A DNA stretch of 64,000 nucleotides from positions 1 through 64,000 of the IMG/VR virus record IMGVR_UViG_3300017989_000082. One strand, written 5' to 3'. Below are positions 15,074-23,670 of this stretch, piece by piece (within the stretch, counting starts at the first letter, position 1; each line of letters opens with the position of its first letter). The notes under the pieces are model-generated. The model was not told the origin of the DNA. It made no database searches and saw only the letters and a program-made list of their open reading frames with translations. This DNA is from a virus. The translations under genes were made by a program, and so were the position numbers.

Positions 15074-16309
15074 GTGTTTGCGGAGGAGAGTTTCGTGGAG
15101 AAAGAGAAGAGAAAGAGAAAGGAAGTTGTAGATAAGGGGAGAGAAGAAGATAGGGTGGTTAGGGAGTTTATGAAGAGGAGAGATAAGAGGAAAATGAAGC
15201 TGGATAAGAATAGGCGGTTGCCGGGAGAGGTTAGAGGTGGAAATATAAAAGATGCAGAGGATAAGAGGTGGGAATTGAAAGAGCGGCAGGGGTTGCCGTT
15301 AGAGATTAAGATAAGAATGAGTAAGGATCGTATAGAAGAGTGGTATAGGCATTGGAACGGGCGCATTTATGTATCGTTCTCTGGGGGTAAGGATAGTACG
15401 GCCTTGTTACATTTAGTAAGAAGTATGTATCCTGAGGTCCCGGCGGTGTTTGTAGATACTGGACTGGAATTTCCTGAAATAAGAAAATTTGTTAAACGAG
15501 TAGAGAACGTAACGTGGTTGAGGCCGAAGATGCCTTTCTTTGAGGTTATAGAGAAATATGGGTATCCGATTATTAGTAAGGAGAGTGCTGCTAAGTTGTA
15601 TGATATTCAGAATACTCGTAGCGAGAAGGTACTTAAGAAAAGGTTGTATGGGGATAAGTTTGGTCGGGGTCGGCTACCGGAGAAGTGGAAGTATTTAATT
15701 GATGCAGATTTTAAGATATCAGATAGGTGTTGTATGGTAATGAAGAAGGCTCCGATTATGAAGTATATTAAGGAGAATAACAGGGCGGGTATAATCGGGA
15801 CGATGGCGGATGACTCTCGCCTGAGGACTACTAACTATCTGATGAATGGATGTAATGTTTACCGTAACTACAGACCTACCAGTACCCCTATTGCTTTTTG
15901 GGTGGAGCAGGATGTTGTAGAGTATATTAATAGATTTAATCTTGATTACTCGGAAATATACGATATGGGGTATGCTAATACAGGTTGTATATTTTGTGCC
16001 TTCGGCGTGCATCTTGAGTATGGAGAAAATAGATTTCAGCGACTGTATCATACTCACCCAAAACATTATTGGTATTGTATAGAAAAGCTTGGTATGGGAA
16101 AGGTACTTGAAGCGATAGGTGTAAACTATAAGGTTGGGTTTTGTAAAGATTGCCGTTACCTTGGTAAAGAGCTAAACAGGTATATAGACGCGGAAGGTAG
16201 GGTTTCCGGTATGTATATATGTAATAAGAAGGTCTTAGAGAAAACAAACGCCTACAATAAAGCTTGTATTAAATTTGTCCTTAAAAAGAGTAAAGCCGTA
16301 ATAGTTTAA
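15074..16309 (+). CDS. PAPS reductase family (PP-loop) protein with a Cys-rich C-terminal extension
   Basis: SFSGGKDSTALLHL, VFVDTGLEFPE, DRCCMVMKK and TGCIFCAFG motifs. The true start is probably downstream of 15074. Confidence 0.85.
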   Translation: MFAEESFVEKEKRKRKEVVDKGREEDRVVREFMKRRDKRKMKLDKNRRLPGEVRGGNIKDAEDKRWELKERQGLPLEIKIRMSKDRIEEWYRHWNGRIYVSFSGGKDSTALLHLVRSMYPEVPAVFVDTGLEFPEIRKFVKRVENVTWLRPKMPFFEVIEKYGYPIISKESAAKLYDIQNTRSEKVLKKRLYGDKFGRGRLPEKWKYLIDADFKISDRCCMVMKKAPIMKYIKENNRAGIIGTMADDSRLRTTNYLMNGCNVYRNYRPTSTPIAFWVEQDVVEYINRFNLDYSEIYDMGYANTGCIFCAFGVHLEYGENRFQRLYHTHPKHYWYCIEKLGMGKVLEAIGVNYKVGFCKDCRYLGKELNRYIDAEGRVSGMYICNKKVLEKTNAYNKACIKFVLKKSKAVIV

Positions 16310-16335
16310 TCCTTCCTTAAACGACCCCTTTTTTC

Positions 16336-16364
16336 TTGACACCGATTTTTAAGTATTTTATATT
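16336..16364 (+). promoter_or_regulatory. sigma70 promoter
   Basis: TTGACA-17-TATATT. Confidence 0.65.
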
Positions 16365-16445
16365 GTAACCTCATTAAAGGTGCGCTGGGAAGGTATGTAA
16401 AGAGAAGGTTTAGTTAAAGAGAAATTTGATAAAGGAGAAACGAGT

Positions 16446-16715
16446 ATGAGAAAGAGATTTTTTGTGCCGGAGATTACAGAGAAAATGAGGGATCTGCTGG
16501 TTAAGTATTACAGCGGGAGGTGGATTGGGAAGTTGGAGAGCGAGATTTGGGTGGCTTTCGAGTTTATGCACATTCGCCGCAGTATGTGGAAGGGTGAAGG
16601 GTGGCACCGTGCTCGTTTTGTCAGGCGCATGCTGGAATTTGCTCTGCTTGTCCTTGCGGAATTATGGATAGCGGATGTGGAATTATTGCGTCAGAAATTG
16701 AGAGTGAAAATTTGA
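16446..16715 (+). CDS. Hypothetical protein
   Basis: AAGGAG RBS. Confidence 0.7.
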   Translation: MRKRFFVPEITEKMRDLLVKYYSGRWIGKLESEIWVAFEFMHIRRSMWKGEGWHRARFVRRMLEFALLVLAELWIADVELLRQKLRVKI

Positions 16716-17036
16716 CTCCTGGTGGGACGAATACGATTAAAGAAATAAATGCCGAGCATAAGCGAATTGACAGGGCGAAATATCTTTGTGCGAAACGACT
16801 CTATGAAGTACTAGAGGAAGTATGGGAAGAACTCTGCTAAAAGGAGAGGTTGTTATTATGAAAATTGTACGGTTGAATAAAGAAAAGAGGAAAGCGATTC
16901 TGGAAGCCCTGCTTGATGTAGAGGAACATATGAAGGCTCTTGTTGAAGAGGGCAGCCTAGACAGGCGGGGGGAGTAAACCAGGCGGGGGAGTAAATAAGG
17001 TTAAGAAAAAATATTAAAATCTTAAAATACTGTTAA

Positions 17037-17065
17037 TTGCCAAAACTGAAATAGTTTGTTATAAT
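17037..17065 (+). promoter_or_regulatory. sigma70 promoter (extended -10)
   Basis: TTGCCA-17-TATAAT, with TG at the extended -10 position. Confidence 0.75.
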
Positions 17066-17095
17066 AGCCCTTCCCTTAATAAAGGAGGTTTTGGT

Positions 17096-17344
17096 ATGAA
17101 AGAGCCTGTTGGGTTTGTTGGGTTTTTTGGGAATGTTACTATAGCTCTTGTTATCGCTATTATTTTCTTCAGCATAGCCAGCTTTATTTCTTCGTCGGTT
17201 TGGGGATCGTATCACCCAGTAGCCGAGGGGGTCATGCTTGAGGACAAAGAAATTGCAAAGGGGCTATTTAGGGTCTACGATCAAGAGCTTGGTGTTGCCT
17301 GCTATACAAGCGTGCGGGCTATTTCCTGCGTAAGCCTGATGTAA
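17096..17344 (+). CDS. Small membrane protein
   Basis: AAGGAGGT RBS; N-terminal TM helix; C-terminal YDQELGVACYT...ISCVSL. Confidence 0.75.
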   Translation: MKEPVGFVGFFGNVTIALVIAIIFFSIASFISSSVWGSYHPVAEGVMLEDKEIAKGLFRVYDQELGVACYTSVRAISCVSLM

Positions 17345-17356
17345 AGGAGAATTAAA

Positions 17357-17569
17357 ATGGCGCAACCAAAAACAACGGAAAACCTGATCCCCGTCATGTT
17401 GAGCAAGGAAGAGGTGTTTGATGCCGTAACAGCCGAGGTCATAAGCCGCTTTGCCAAGGCGGGGCACGACCCTAAGAGGATACGCATTAAGTCTTCCGAG
17501 TTTCAAACTGAAGAGTATCAGGGTAACGAGATATTTACTGGCATTAAAGTTACGGTCGGCTTTAAATGA
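17357..17569 (+). CDS. Hypothetical protein
   Basis: AAGGAG RBS. Confidence 0.75.
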   Translation: MAQPKTTENLIPVMLSKEEVFDAVTAEVISRFAKAGHDPKRIRIKSSEFQTEEYQGNEIFTGIKVTVGFK

Positions 17570-17667
17570 TTCGCTGCGTTGACTGCGCCCACTACGATCA
17601 TGAAACCGGCGTGGTGTGCTATACATATCATGGAATATCTTGTGTAAGCCTTGATGTTGAGAACTGA
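17566..17667 (+). CDS. 33-aa Cys-rich peptide, similar to the C-terminus of 17096..17344
   Basis: ATGA overlap with the upstream gene; MIRCVDCAHYDHETGVVCYTYHGISCVSLDVEN. Confidence 0.5.
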   Translation: MIRCVDCAHYDHETGVVCYTYHGISCVSLDVEN

Positions 17668-17673
17668 AACAGT

Positions 17674-17882
17674 TTGCTTGCTGTGCGGTGGGAATGAAGT
17701 GGTTAGCCTGACCCGCCGGACCGTACCCGGCTTAATGGTAGCTATGGCAAAAACACCCCTATGGAATTGGGGTTCTGGCGAGGCACCAGTTAAGTTAACC
17801 CATAGCGGGATCTTTTGTTGCTTGGCCACAACTGCTGATCCCTTAAACCCATTGTGCGGACCGCGCAGCAAGCAATTTTTTT
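17674..17882 (+). ncRNA. Candidate ~200-nt multibranched structured RNA, family unknown
   Basis: 16-bp closing stem 17674-89/17860-75 (one G.U) followed by T7. Inner helices 17715-19/17727-31, 17741-47/17800-06, 17755-59/17769-73, 17775-78/17786-89, 17807-12/17837-42. Confidence 0.6.
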
Positions 17883-17894
17883 TAGGAGAATCAC

Positions 17895-18062
17895 ATGAGC
17901 AAAATACCATTTGTTATTCCAATAGAGGTTCTCGAAAACATACTGCGCCTTGCAACTGTCCATATTGAAGACCATGACGAGCTTGGTGATATGTCAAAGA
18001 GTGTAATTGGCTTCTTTGGAAACGACCTGATTAATGATATTATAAACGAAGATGAAGAGTAA
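17895..18062 (+). CDS. Small acidic protein (55 aa, not in ORF track)
   Basis: AGGAG RBS; MSKIPFVIPIEVLEN...INEDEE. Confidence 0.65.
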   Translation: MSKIPFVIPIEVLENILRLATVHIEDHDELGDMSKSVIGFFGNDLINDIINEDEE

Positions 18063-18063
18063 A

Positions 18064-18501
18064 ATGGTTGACGAAAACTCTATATGTTGCTTTAACTGCA
18101 TTCACGCTGACCTTGAACCGATTTTTCTTTTTGGGGAAAATGAAAACGGCATTGCTTTTAAGCTTGTGGAGTGCTTTGCTAGAAAGTCAGTAAAAGAGTC
18201 GCCACCACAAGAGGCATACTTGCCTCCTGACAGACCACAAAATTGCAAACACTTTGAAAGGGATAATTACATGGGAGTTACTGTAAAACAGAAAGAGCAC
18301 ACGAGTGTTATGGATCTTGCCAACGAAATCAGGAAAGAATACCCTGTAATGGGGGCGCTGAACAGTGACCTCAATGGAATAGTGAAAAAAACCATTAAAA
18401 TGCTTGCCCAGATGCCCCTAGATGACGTTTTAAGGCTGCTTATTGAGGTTTCCCCTAGCTCAATGGAAAAGTGGCTTACGGGGGATCCTGATGCGCCTTA
18501 G
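18064..18501 (+). CDS. Hypothetical protein with N-terminal Cys motif
   Basis: CCFNCIH...C...CKHF; tightly packed in the operon. Confidence 0.7.
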   Translation: MVDENSICCFNCIHADLEPIFLFGENENGIAFKLVECFARKSVKESPPQEAYLPPDRPQNCKHFERDNYMGVTVKQKEHTSVMDLANEIRKEYPVMGALNSDLNGIVKKTIKMLAQMPLDDVLRLLIEVSPSSMEKWLTGDPDAP

Positions 18502-18766
18502 AGGCTATTATTTAATAACCCGCTATGAGGGGAATACCCTTGCCGATGAGATGCGTTCTCTTTTTGAGTATTTCAACACCCCGGTAGTCGTTGATGTTTA
18601 CCCAGACCCAGCCAGCCTTGGGGCTGTTGTAGCCGTTAAGGGATACTATACGGATGAGACTCTTCGCGAGTTTAACAGATTGAATCTTTTAAAGTTATAT
18701 ATTAACAGACTTAAGAAACTTAAAAGCGGAGGAAAATATGAGCCACCTGATTGTGAAGCTGATTAA
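18491..18766 (+). CDS. Hypothetical protein
   Basis: GGGGA RBS; overlaps neighbouring genes. Confidence 0.6.
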   Translation: MRLRGYYLITRYEGNTLADEMRSLFEYFNTPVVVDVYPDPASLGAVVAVKGYYTDETLREFNRLNLLKLYINRLKKLKSGGKYEPPDCEAD

Positions 18767-19097
18767 GATTTTTTTAAGCATTTATTGCCCCATGCGAGAT
18801 GAATGCCCCTACCGGGTTATGGACGTTTTAGGCGTTGACAGAAAGCTTCTCAGGAAGTATATTGATGAAGGTGGAAAGCTAGTGTTTGATTTTGCATCTG
18901 AGCATCTTGCTGAATTCAATAAGGAGTTAAACTGTGGCTTAAAAAATGAAGAGTTTAAACAGTTCGTGCTTGAGGCGCAGGAGCTTCTAAACAAGTTTAA
19001 TATTGCCAGTATATTCACCGAGAATAACGAGGAAGAAAATGGCAAGAAGGAAGTTCACAAAAAGGGAAAAGCCAGAAGATATAACGCACGAAATTAG
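18738..19097 (+). CDS. Hypothetical protein
   Basis: GGAGG RBS. Confidence 0.7.
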   Translation: MSHLIVKLIKIFLSIYCPMRDECPYRVMDVLGVDRKLLRKYIDEGGKLVFDFASEHLAEFNKELNCGLKNEEFKQFVLEAQELLNKFNIASIFTENNEEENGKKEVHKKGKARRYNARN

Positions 19098-19272
19098 CTC
19101 TGCCAATCCAAGCCCCGGTGTTGATGATGTTCAGATTCGGTTTAAAAAATTCGACACTATGTTGAGTAAAATAACCCTGCCGATTGATAAAGCAAAAAGT
19201 TTTGCGGAAGACCTTTGTGCGTTCCTGAATATTCCCACCAAAAAAGGAAACAATGAAGACAAAGGAGGCTAA
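19039..19272 (+). CDS. Hypothetical protein
   Basis: GAGG RBS before MARRKFTK. Confidence 0.65.
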   Translation: MARRKFTKREKPEDITHEISSANPSPGVDDVQIRFKKFDTMLSKITLPIDKAKSFAEDLCAFLNIPTKKGNNEDKGG

Positions 19273-19274
19273 TC

Positions 19275-19541
19275 ATGCCAAAAGAAGTTTTCCTCAGAAC
19301 AAAAGAAGCTGCCCACGTGTTCAGCCATGCCATAGGAGAAGACGTCAGCCCGGATGATCTTCTTGATTACGCCAGAGCTGGAAGGTTAAAGGCGGAGAAA
19401 ATTGGTCGGTATTGGCAGTTCAAGCAAAAAGATATTGTTGATTTTTGCAAGAAAGTTTTATCCGACCGAGATAAGGCGAAAAGGGCGAGGGAAAATGAAA
19501 GAAGAAAAATCGGAACCGGAAGCAGTTCAAACGCAATATGA
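19275..19541 (+). CDS. Excisionase/MerR-like HTH DNA-binding protein
   Basis: FLRTKEAA...VSPDDL..YARAGRLKAEKIGRYWQF is an HTH_17-type pattern. Confidence 0.8.
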   Translation: MPKEVFLRTKEAAHVFSHAIGEDVSPDDLLDYARAGRLKAEKIGRYWQFKQKDIVDFCKKVLSDRDKAKRARENERRKIGTGSSSNAI

Positions 19542-19755
19542 ATCAGTGCGGTTTACAGCCAAGGAACTTGAATGGATATTTTTGTATTTCAACAAGAGCC
19601 TTGGGCTTGCCTACCGCGGCGATCAAGACAGAGACGGCCTTAAACTTGAAGAGTTGCAGTGTGACCAGTTCTCCCCAAGGCTACTCATGGAAGATGTAAA
19701 AATAACCCAAAGGATAATTGCTAAAACGAGGCCGTATGGATCACATGGGGGTTGA
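19495..19755 (+). CDS. Hypothetical protein
   Basis: GAGGG RBS before MKEEKSE. Confidence 0.65.
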   Translation: MKEEKSEPEAVQTQYESVRFTAKELEWIFLYFNKSLGLAYRGDQDRDGLKLEELQCDQFSPRLLMEDVKITQRIIAKTRPYGSHGG

Positions 19756-19864
19756 CATGGCCCTTCCATTGTGGCATAATATTTTTACTTATAGCCTTTG
19801 TTTGTTGTTTCATTACCCACGCCCCGCGCTGTTAACTCCATGAGGATAGCGCGGGGCATTTTTT
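19752..19864 (+). promoter_or_regulatory. sigma70 promoter plus short leader ending in an intrinsic terminator (sRNA or attenuator)
   Basis: TTGACA-17-CATAAT; hairpin 19821-19857 followed by T6. Confidence 0.6.
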
Positions 19865-19879
19865 ATGGAGGAAACAATT

Positions 19880-20230
19880 ATGGAAGCCGGCGTTAAGGAA
19901 GCCAGAGGCGAGTTAGAGAGTAGGCCGTATTTAGTGGCGGCAATGGTTGATGATGTTGAAGTCCGAATTGTTGTCCAGGCGGTAAGCTTGGCTGATGCCT
20001 TGGTGAATGCAACCTTTGCTTTTGCCAGAAAGAAGCTGTTTGTGCATTACCCCTCAACAGAGTGGATTAGGCAGAACGGGGGGCCGGGACTGATGGAGAA
20101 AATGAAGGGGGTTGAAAAATCCCACTTCGTAGCGGCCTTTGCCGTTCCCGGCGAGTATCGGTATATGGATGACTATAAAATCTACGGCCTCTACAAGGGC
20201 AAAGATGTATCAGGGCAGTGGTCCCATTAA
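19880..20230 (+). CDS. Hypothetical protein
   Basis: GGAGG RBS. Confidence 0.7.
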   Translation: MEAGVKEARGELESRPYLVAAMVDDVEVRIVVQAVSLADALVNATFAFARKKLFVHYPSTEWIRQNGGPGLMEKMKGVEKSHFVAAFAVPGEYRYMDDYKIYGLYKGKDVSGQWSH

Positions 20231-20246
20231 AAAGTTGTTTTCCTAT

Positions 20247-20364
20247 TTGACAAACAATTTAGGGATATAATATGGTTTAACTCAGGTAAGGGTGCTGGGT
20301 TTCACATTGGCGTATGCCCCGTGGTGAGAAGATAACTCCGCCTTGCCACGGGGCAGTTTTTTTT
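20247..20364 (+). promoter_or_regulatory. Promoter-like site plus short leader ending in an intrinsic terminator (sRNA or attenuator)
   Basis: TTGACA at 20247 (-10 spacing imperfect); hairpin 20315-20355 followed by T8. Confidence 0.5.
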
Positions 20365-20380
20365 AAGGGGGTGAGCATGA

Positions 20381-20788
20381 ATGATTGGGACACAAGTTAA
20401 CAAGATAGTAGAAAATTTTTTTATCCATAAACTTGGACGTCTTTGTTTTTTCTTCATAATGTGGGCACGCCACGAGCTATGGCTATGCAAATATGGCAAC
20501 AATTTATATTTTCATGTTGAGAAACTAACTAAGAGGTTTTCCAGCCTATATTATTCGGTACATGGCTGCAAGCTTGGCGGGGATAAAAAGGCCAGCGTGT
20601 TTTTTGCCATTGCCCGTCGCCACTACAAAACGACAACCGGTATTTTTCCGAGTGATTATGAGATTGAGTTTCTTTGCAAGGACATTTGGCTTTGGAATAA
20701 TTGGGGCAATGACCAGAAGGTACATGGCCACCGCTGGACCTTAGTTTTTCAGAAACCAGAAGTAAAATATTTTTATACTGGAATGTAA
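20381..20788 (+). CDS. Hypothetical protein
   Basis: 135-aa ORF with GGGGTG RBS. Confidence 0.6.
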   Translation: MIGTQVNKIVENFFIHKLGRLCFFFIMWARHELWLCKYGNNLYFHVEKLTKRFSSLYYSVHGCKLGGDKKASVFFAIARRHYKTTTGIFPSDYEIEFLCKDIWLWNNWGNDQKVHGHRWTLVFQKPEVKYFYTGM

Positions 20789-20950
20789 GGGGGTGTAATT
20801 TAAATAGTTATTTTAGCCTTGACAATATGCTAAGTTATTGCTAAAAGGGTGCAATTGCCTGTTCAGGCAATGCCTTGGGAAGAATGTTTAAAAGCAATAT
20901 TAATATCTTAGCGCTTATTGGCAAGGGAACTCTTGCCATGGGGGCATTTT

Positions 20951-21283
20951 ATGGAGCAAAAAGAAAAAACGTTAGCGGAAAGCACTAATGAAATAAACCT
21001 CCACATGGCCACTGTCAATCAATATGCCAAAGTAATTATAGAAAAAGCAAGGGCCATAGACTCAATAAGCCGGGACTTCGTACTTGACACGGAGCGCCTG
21101 CTAACCGAAGGGTTTAAGATCCAAAGCATTATTGAGATCCTCACCAATATCAAAGAAGAAACCTTCAACCTTCTCAGAAATGTTAACCAGAGCGAGCTTC
21201 ACGCCTATAAGGCTGACAAGCTATCAGAGGGTGTTTTTCCGAAGGTAGTAGAAGAAAGAAGGAGCCACACTAAGAAAAACTAA
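20951..21283 (+). CDS. Hypothetical helical protein
   Basis: ORF downstream of a TTGACA-17-TAAAAG promoter at 20819. Confidence 0.65.
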   Translation: MEQKEKTLAESTNEINLHMATVNQYAKVIIEKARAIDSISRDFVLDTERLLTEGFKIQSIIEILTNIKEETFNLLRNVNQSELHAYKADKLSEGVFPKVVEERRSHTKKN

Positions 21284-21636
21284 TGTATATGCCCCAACAG
21301 GTGATTGCTATGAAGAAGATAAACGGCAAAAAGAGAAAGGCAGTTGTAAGACGTGCTGTTATTGTCGTAGAAAAGAGAATTCCATTAAGCACAAACCCCA
21401 ATGAAGATCCCTGCCCAAGTCCACTCCCTACTGAAACAAAGCGCAGAAAAGCCATGTGTTTTGCTTTTGCAAATGCCTCATTGGGATGCCGCTGTATGGC
21501 GGGGAAGTGCCCGAATTACGATAAAAACGCATGTGGTGTTAACGGACAAACAGTTTATGTGCGATTCAGCAGAAGGATGCAATACCGGCACTTGAAAAGA
21601 ATATTACACTATGATAATAATTTAAACTACTTTTAG
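21283..21636 (+). CDS. Basic Cys-rich hypothetical protein
   Basis: ORF in the operon; start uncertain. Confidence 0.6.
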   Translation: MYMPQQVIAMKKINGKKRKAVVRRAVIVVEKRIPLSTNPNEDPCPSPLPTETKRRKAMCFAFANASLGCRCMAGKCPNYDKNACGVNGQTVYVRFSRRMQYRHLKRILHYDNNLNYF

Positions 21637-21649
21637 GGGGTACTGAAGG

Positions 21650-21922
21650 GTGGCTAAGTTTCTCGTATTATCAGAAGATAAAAACAGGGTGTATATCCGC
21701 AATTGTGTTCGCATCGCAAAGAAGAGTTTAATTTTTGACGAGCCTGTCAATGGTAAAACCCAAGTGCCGAAAGAGCGCTGTTATTACTACAATGATGCCG
21801 AACACGCTGATTATCTTTACGACCTACAAAGGCTTGATAAAAGAATAAGAAATTTAATAATGATTAGGGATGATCTTTTAAGCAGGTTTACGCAGGTAAC
21901 AACGAAGAGCACGAGGTTTTAA
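21650..21922 (+). CDS. Hypothetical protein
   Basis: GTG start, tightly packed in the operon. Confidence 0.65.
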   Translation: MAKFLVLSEDKNRVYIRNCVRIAKKSLIFDEPVNGKTQVPKERCYYYNDAEHADYLYDLQRLDKRIRNLIMIRDDLLSRFTQVTTKSTRF

Positions 21923-22273
21923 ATGAACCATAGAAACACGATGAAGGAATTCCGCACAGATGATTTTCTTGTTAAATTTCTACACCCAAATAGAGACGGG
22001 GTAGAGGTGGAGGTTTATATGCGTAGGCGCAAGCGATTCCCGCGCACAATGAGCCTTCATTCAAAGCCAATCATGAAGTTCAACCTTAAGGATTTGCTTG
22101 GGGAAGAAAAGAAAGAGACCGCATTTAACGTTTTCCAAAAGATGATAGATAAAAGTCAGAATGCAACAGCCTTTGTTCTATCAGACGAATGGGGAGAAGA
22201 AGATGGAGAAAGTGAAGGGAGAGAAGAAGATGGAGAAAGTGAAGGGAGAGATGAAGAGGTATCTGATAATTGA
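21923..22273 (+). CDS. Hypothetical protein with an acidic repeat tail
   Basis: GAGG RBS; the tail is encoded by a 27-bp tandem duplication (22194-22247). Confidence 0.65.
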   Translation: MNHRNTMKEFRTDDFLVKFLHPNRDGVEVEVYMRRRKRFPRTMSLHSKPIMKFNLKDLLGEEKKETAFNVFQKMIDKSQNATAFVLSDEWGEEDGESEGREEDGESEGRDEEVSDN

Positions 22274-23177
22274 TGGAAACCTCCTGTTACACAAGAGCCA
22301 AGGCGTTCATGGAAGCCTGAAGACCAAAGTTAAGGGAGAAGTTGTTCACACCGGCATCCCTTATGGTTTTCTAAAGGCCATTGTCAGGCTTAACAAGCAT
22401 TATCAATTCTTAAGGACTTGTGTTGTTTTCGACAGTGGCGTGGCACCAATGAGTGTCAAACAGCATGCTAGAAAGCCGGTTGTTGCCAGAGATCTTCTAC
22501 CAAGGGTTGATGTATTTGAAGACTACAAGAGTAGCAGAGGCCCACTGAAGATTGAAATAGCCCGCGGAAAGAAGCTCCTTGACCGATTCCTCAATTGCCT
22601 GCCAATAACTGTTACGTATGCCAGTCCGCTTTATGAGGCGGATGATGTTGTGGCCCATGTTTCTAACGAAGTGTGGCTTCGCAGGCAGGACACCAATACC
22701 GATGTCATTATTTACTCTGATGACAAAGACTTCCATCAACTCATACATGGTCCGAAAAATGGGTTTCGAGTATTTTGCCATAAGCGCAAAGATGTAATCA
22801 TGGACCGAAAAAAATTAAAAGAAAAATTTGGCCTTAGCCCGAGACAATTTGTAAAATACCTTGCCCTTGTTGGGGACAGCATTGATGACATTCCCGGCGT
22901 AAAAGGGGTGGGGCCAAAAACGGCTGTTAAACTTATAACCGAAAAAAGAATTAAAAAGACAATAAGTAAAGAAGATTATGAAATATATAAGCGAAACATA
23001 TCCCTAATAGAATTGTCGGCTGATCAGCGGGTTGTGCTTGCTTGCCGCCACGGACGCCTTGACATGAAAAAGCTTAATGTGCTATTAAATAAGTTCAAGA
23101 TGGTCAGTTTCCAAAGGGAGCAAGATCAAAGCGTGTTGCGGCAACTTAAACCGATTAAATTCTTGAGGGAATGTTGA
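22251..23177 (+). CDS. 5'-3' exonuclease / flap endonuclease (Pol I N-terminal domain family)
   Basis: YLIIDGN, VVFD, YKSSR, EADDV, SDDKDFHQL and LVGDSIDDIPGVKGVGPKTA motifs. Confidence 0.92.
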   Translation: MKRYLIIDGNLLLHKSQGVHGSLKTKVKGEVVHTGIPYGFLKAIVRLNKHYQFLRTCVVFDSGVAPMSVKQHARKPVVARDLLPRVDVFEDYKSSRGPLKIEIARGKKLLDRFLNCLPITVTYASPLYEADDVVAHVSNEVWLRRQDTNTDVIIYSDDKDFHQLIHGPKNGFRVFCHKRKDVIMDRKKLKEKFGLSPRQFVKYLALVGDSIDDIPGVKGVGPKTAVKLITEKRIKKTISKEDYEIYKRNISLIELSADQRVVLACRHGRLDMKKLNVLLNKFKMVSFQREQDQSVLRQLKPIKFLREC

Positions 23178-23184
23178 GTGCCCT

Positions 23185-23544
23185 ATGGGGGAGTGTTGCA
23201 TGCGGTCACTTCATGTTCGGGCAAGCATTGGTGTTTTCCATTTAACCAGTAAGGCTTTCGAAAGTGCAATGTTTGACCTTATTGAACATTGCGGGTTGCA
23301 TGTTCGCAGGGCGATTTCATATGAGTTTTTCCCAGACGGCATAACCGCCGTTGCCATATTGGCAGAGAGCCATATTATTCTTAGCACGTGGCCAGAGAAA
23401 CATGATTTACAACTCGATTTCTTTTGTTGTGGCGATACCAGTGCTATTGATAGAATGCTGGGAGCCATTCCTGAAAAACTTAATTGCAAGATTGTTTCAT
23501 CAAGAGTTTTAGATAGGGACAGCATGGTTTCAGTACCATCGTAG
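23185..23544 (+). CDS. speD: S-adenosylmethionine decarboxylase proenzyme (class I, pyruvoyl)
   Basis: F.PDGITAVAILAESHI..STWPE....LDFFCCG motif. Confidence 0.85.
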   Translation: MGECCMRSLHVRASIGVFHLTSKAFESAMFDLIEHCGLHVRRAISYEFFPDGITAVAILAESHIILSTWPEKHDLQLDFFCCGDTSAIDRMLGAIPEKLNCKIVSSRVLDRDSMVSVPS

Positions 23545-23572
23545 GTTCCTCCCTGCGATAGCAGTACCCTTC

Positions 23573-23605
23573 AAGCCCGCTGGCATTGCCAACGGGCTTT
23601 TTTTT
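23573..23605 (+). terminator. Intrinsic terminator
   Basis: AAGCCCG.TGGC/GCCA.CGGGCTT stem plus T-run. Confidence 0.75.
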
Positions 23606-23670
23606 GTTGTTTTCTGATTTGACACAATGCGTCCACATATGCTACTTAAAACTAAATAATGGAGGTCGTT

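Noticed and set aside
17674-17882. 6S RNA, tRNA, tmRNA or cobalamin riboswitch
   Set aside because: The interior is multibranched rather than a rod with a central bubble. I saw no T-loop/CCA, tag reading frame or convincing B12 box, so it is left unassigned.
19275-19541. Integration module or the sigma54 activator
   Set aside because: It is only an 88-aa HTH; no integrase, att site or AAA+ GAFTGA domain is visible in the window.
22161-22250. N-terminal MEKVKGEKK repeats on the exonuclease
   Set aside because: They come from a 27-bp duplication in the upstream gene's tail; the domain starts at ATG 22251.
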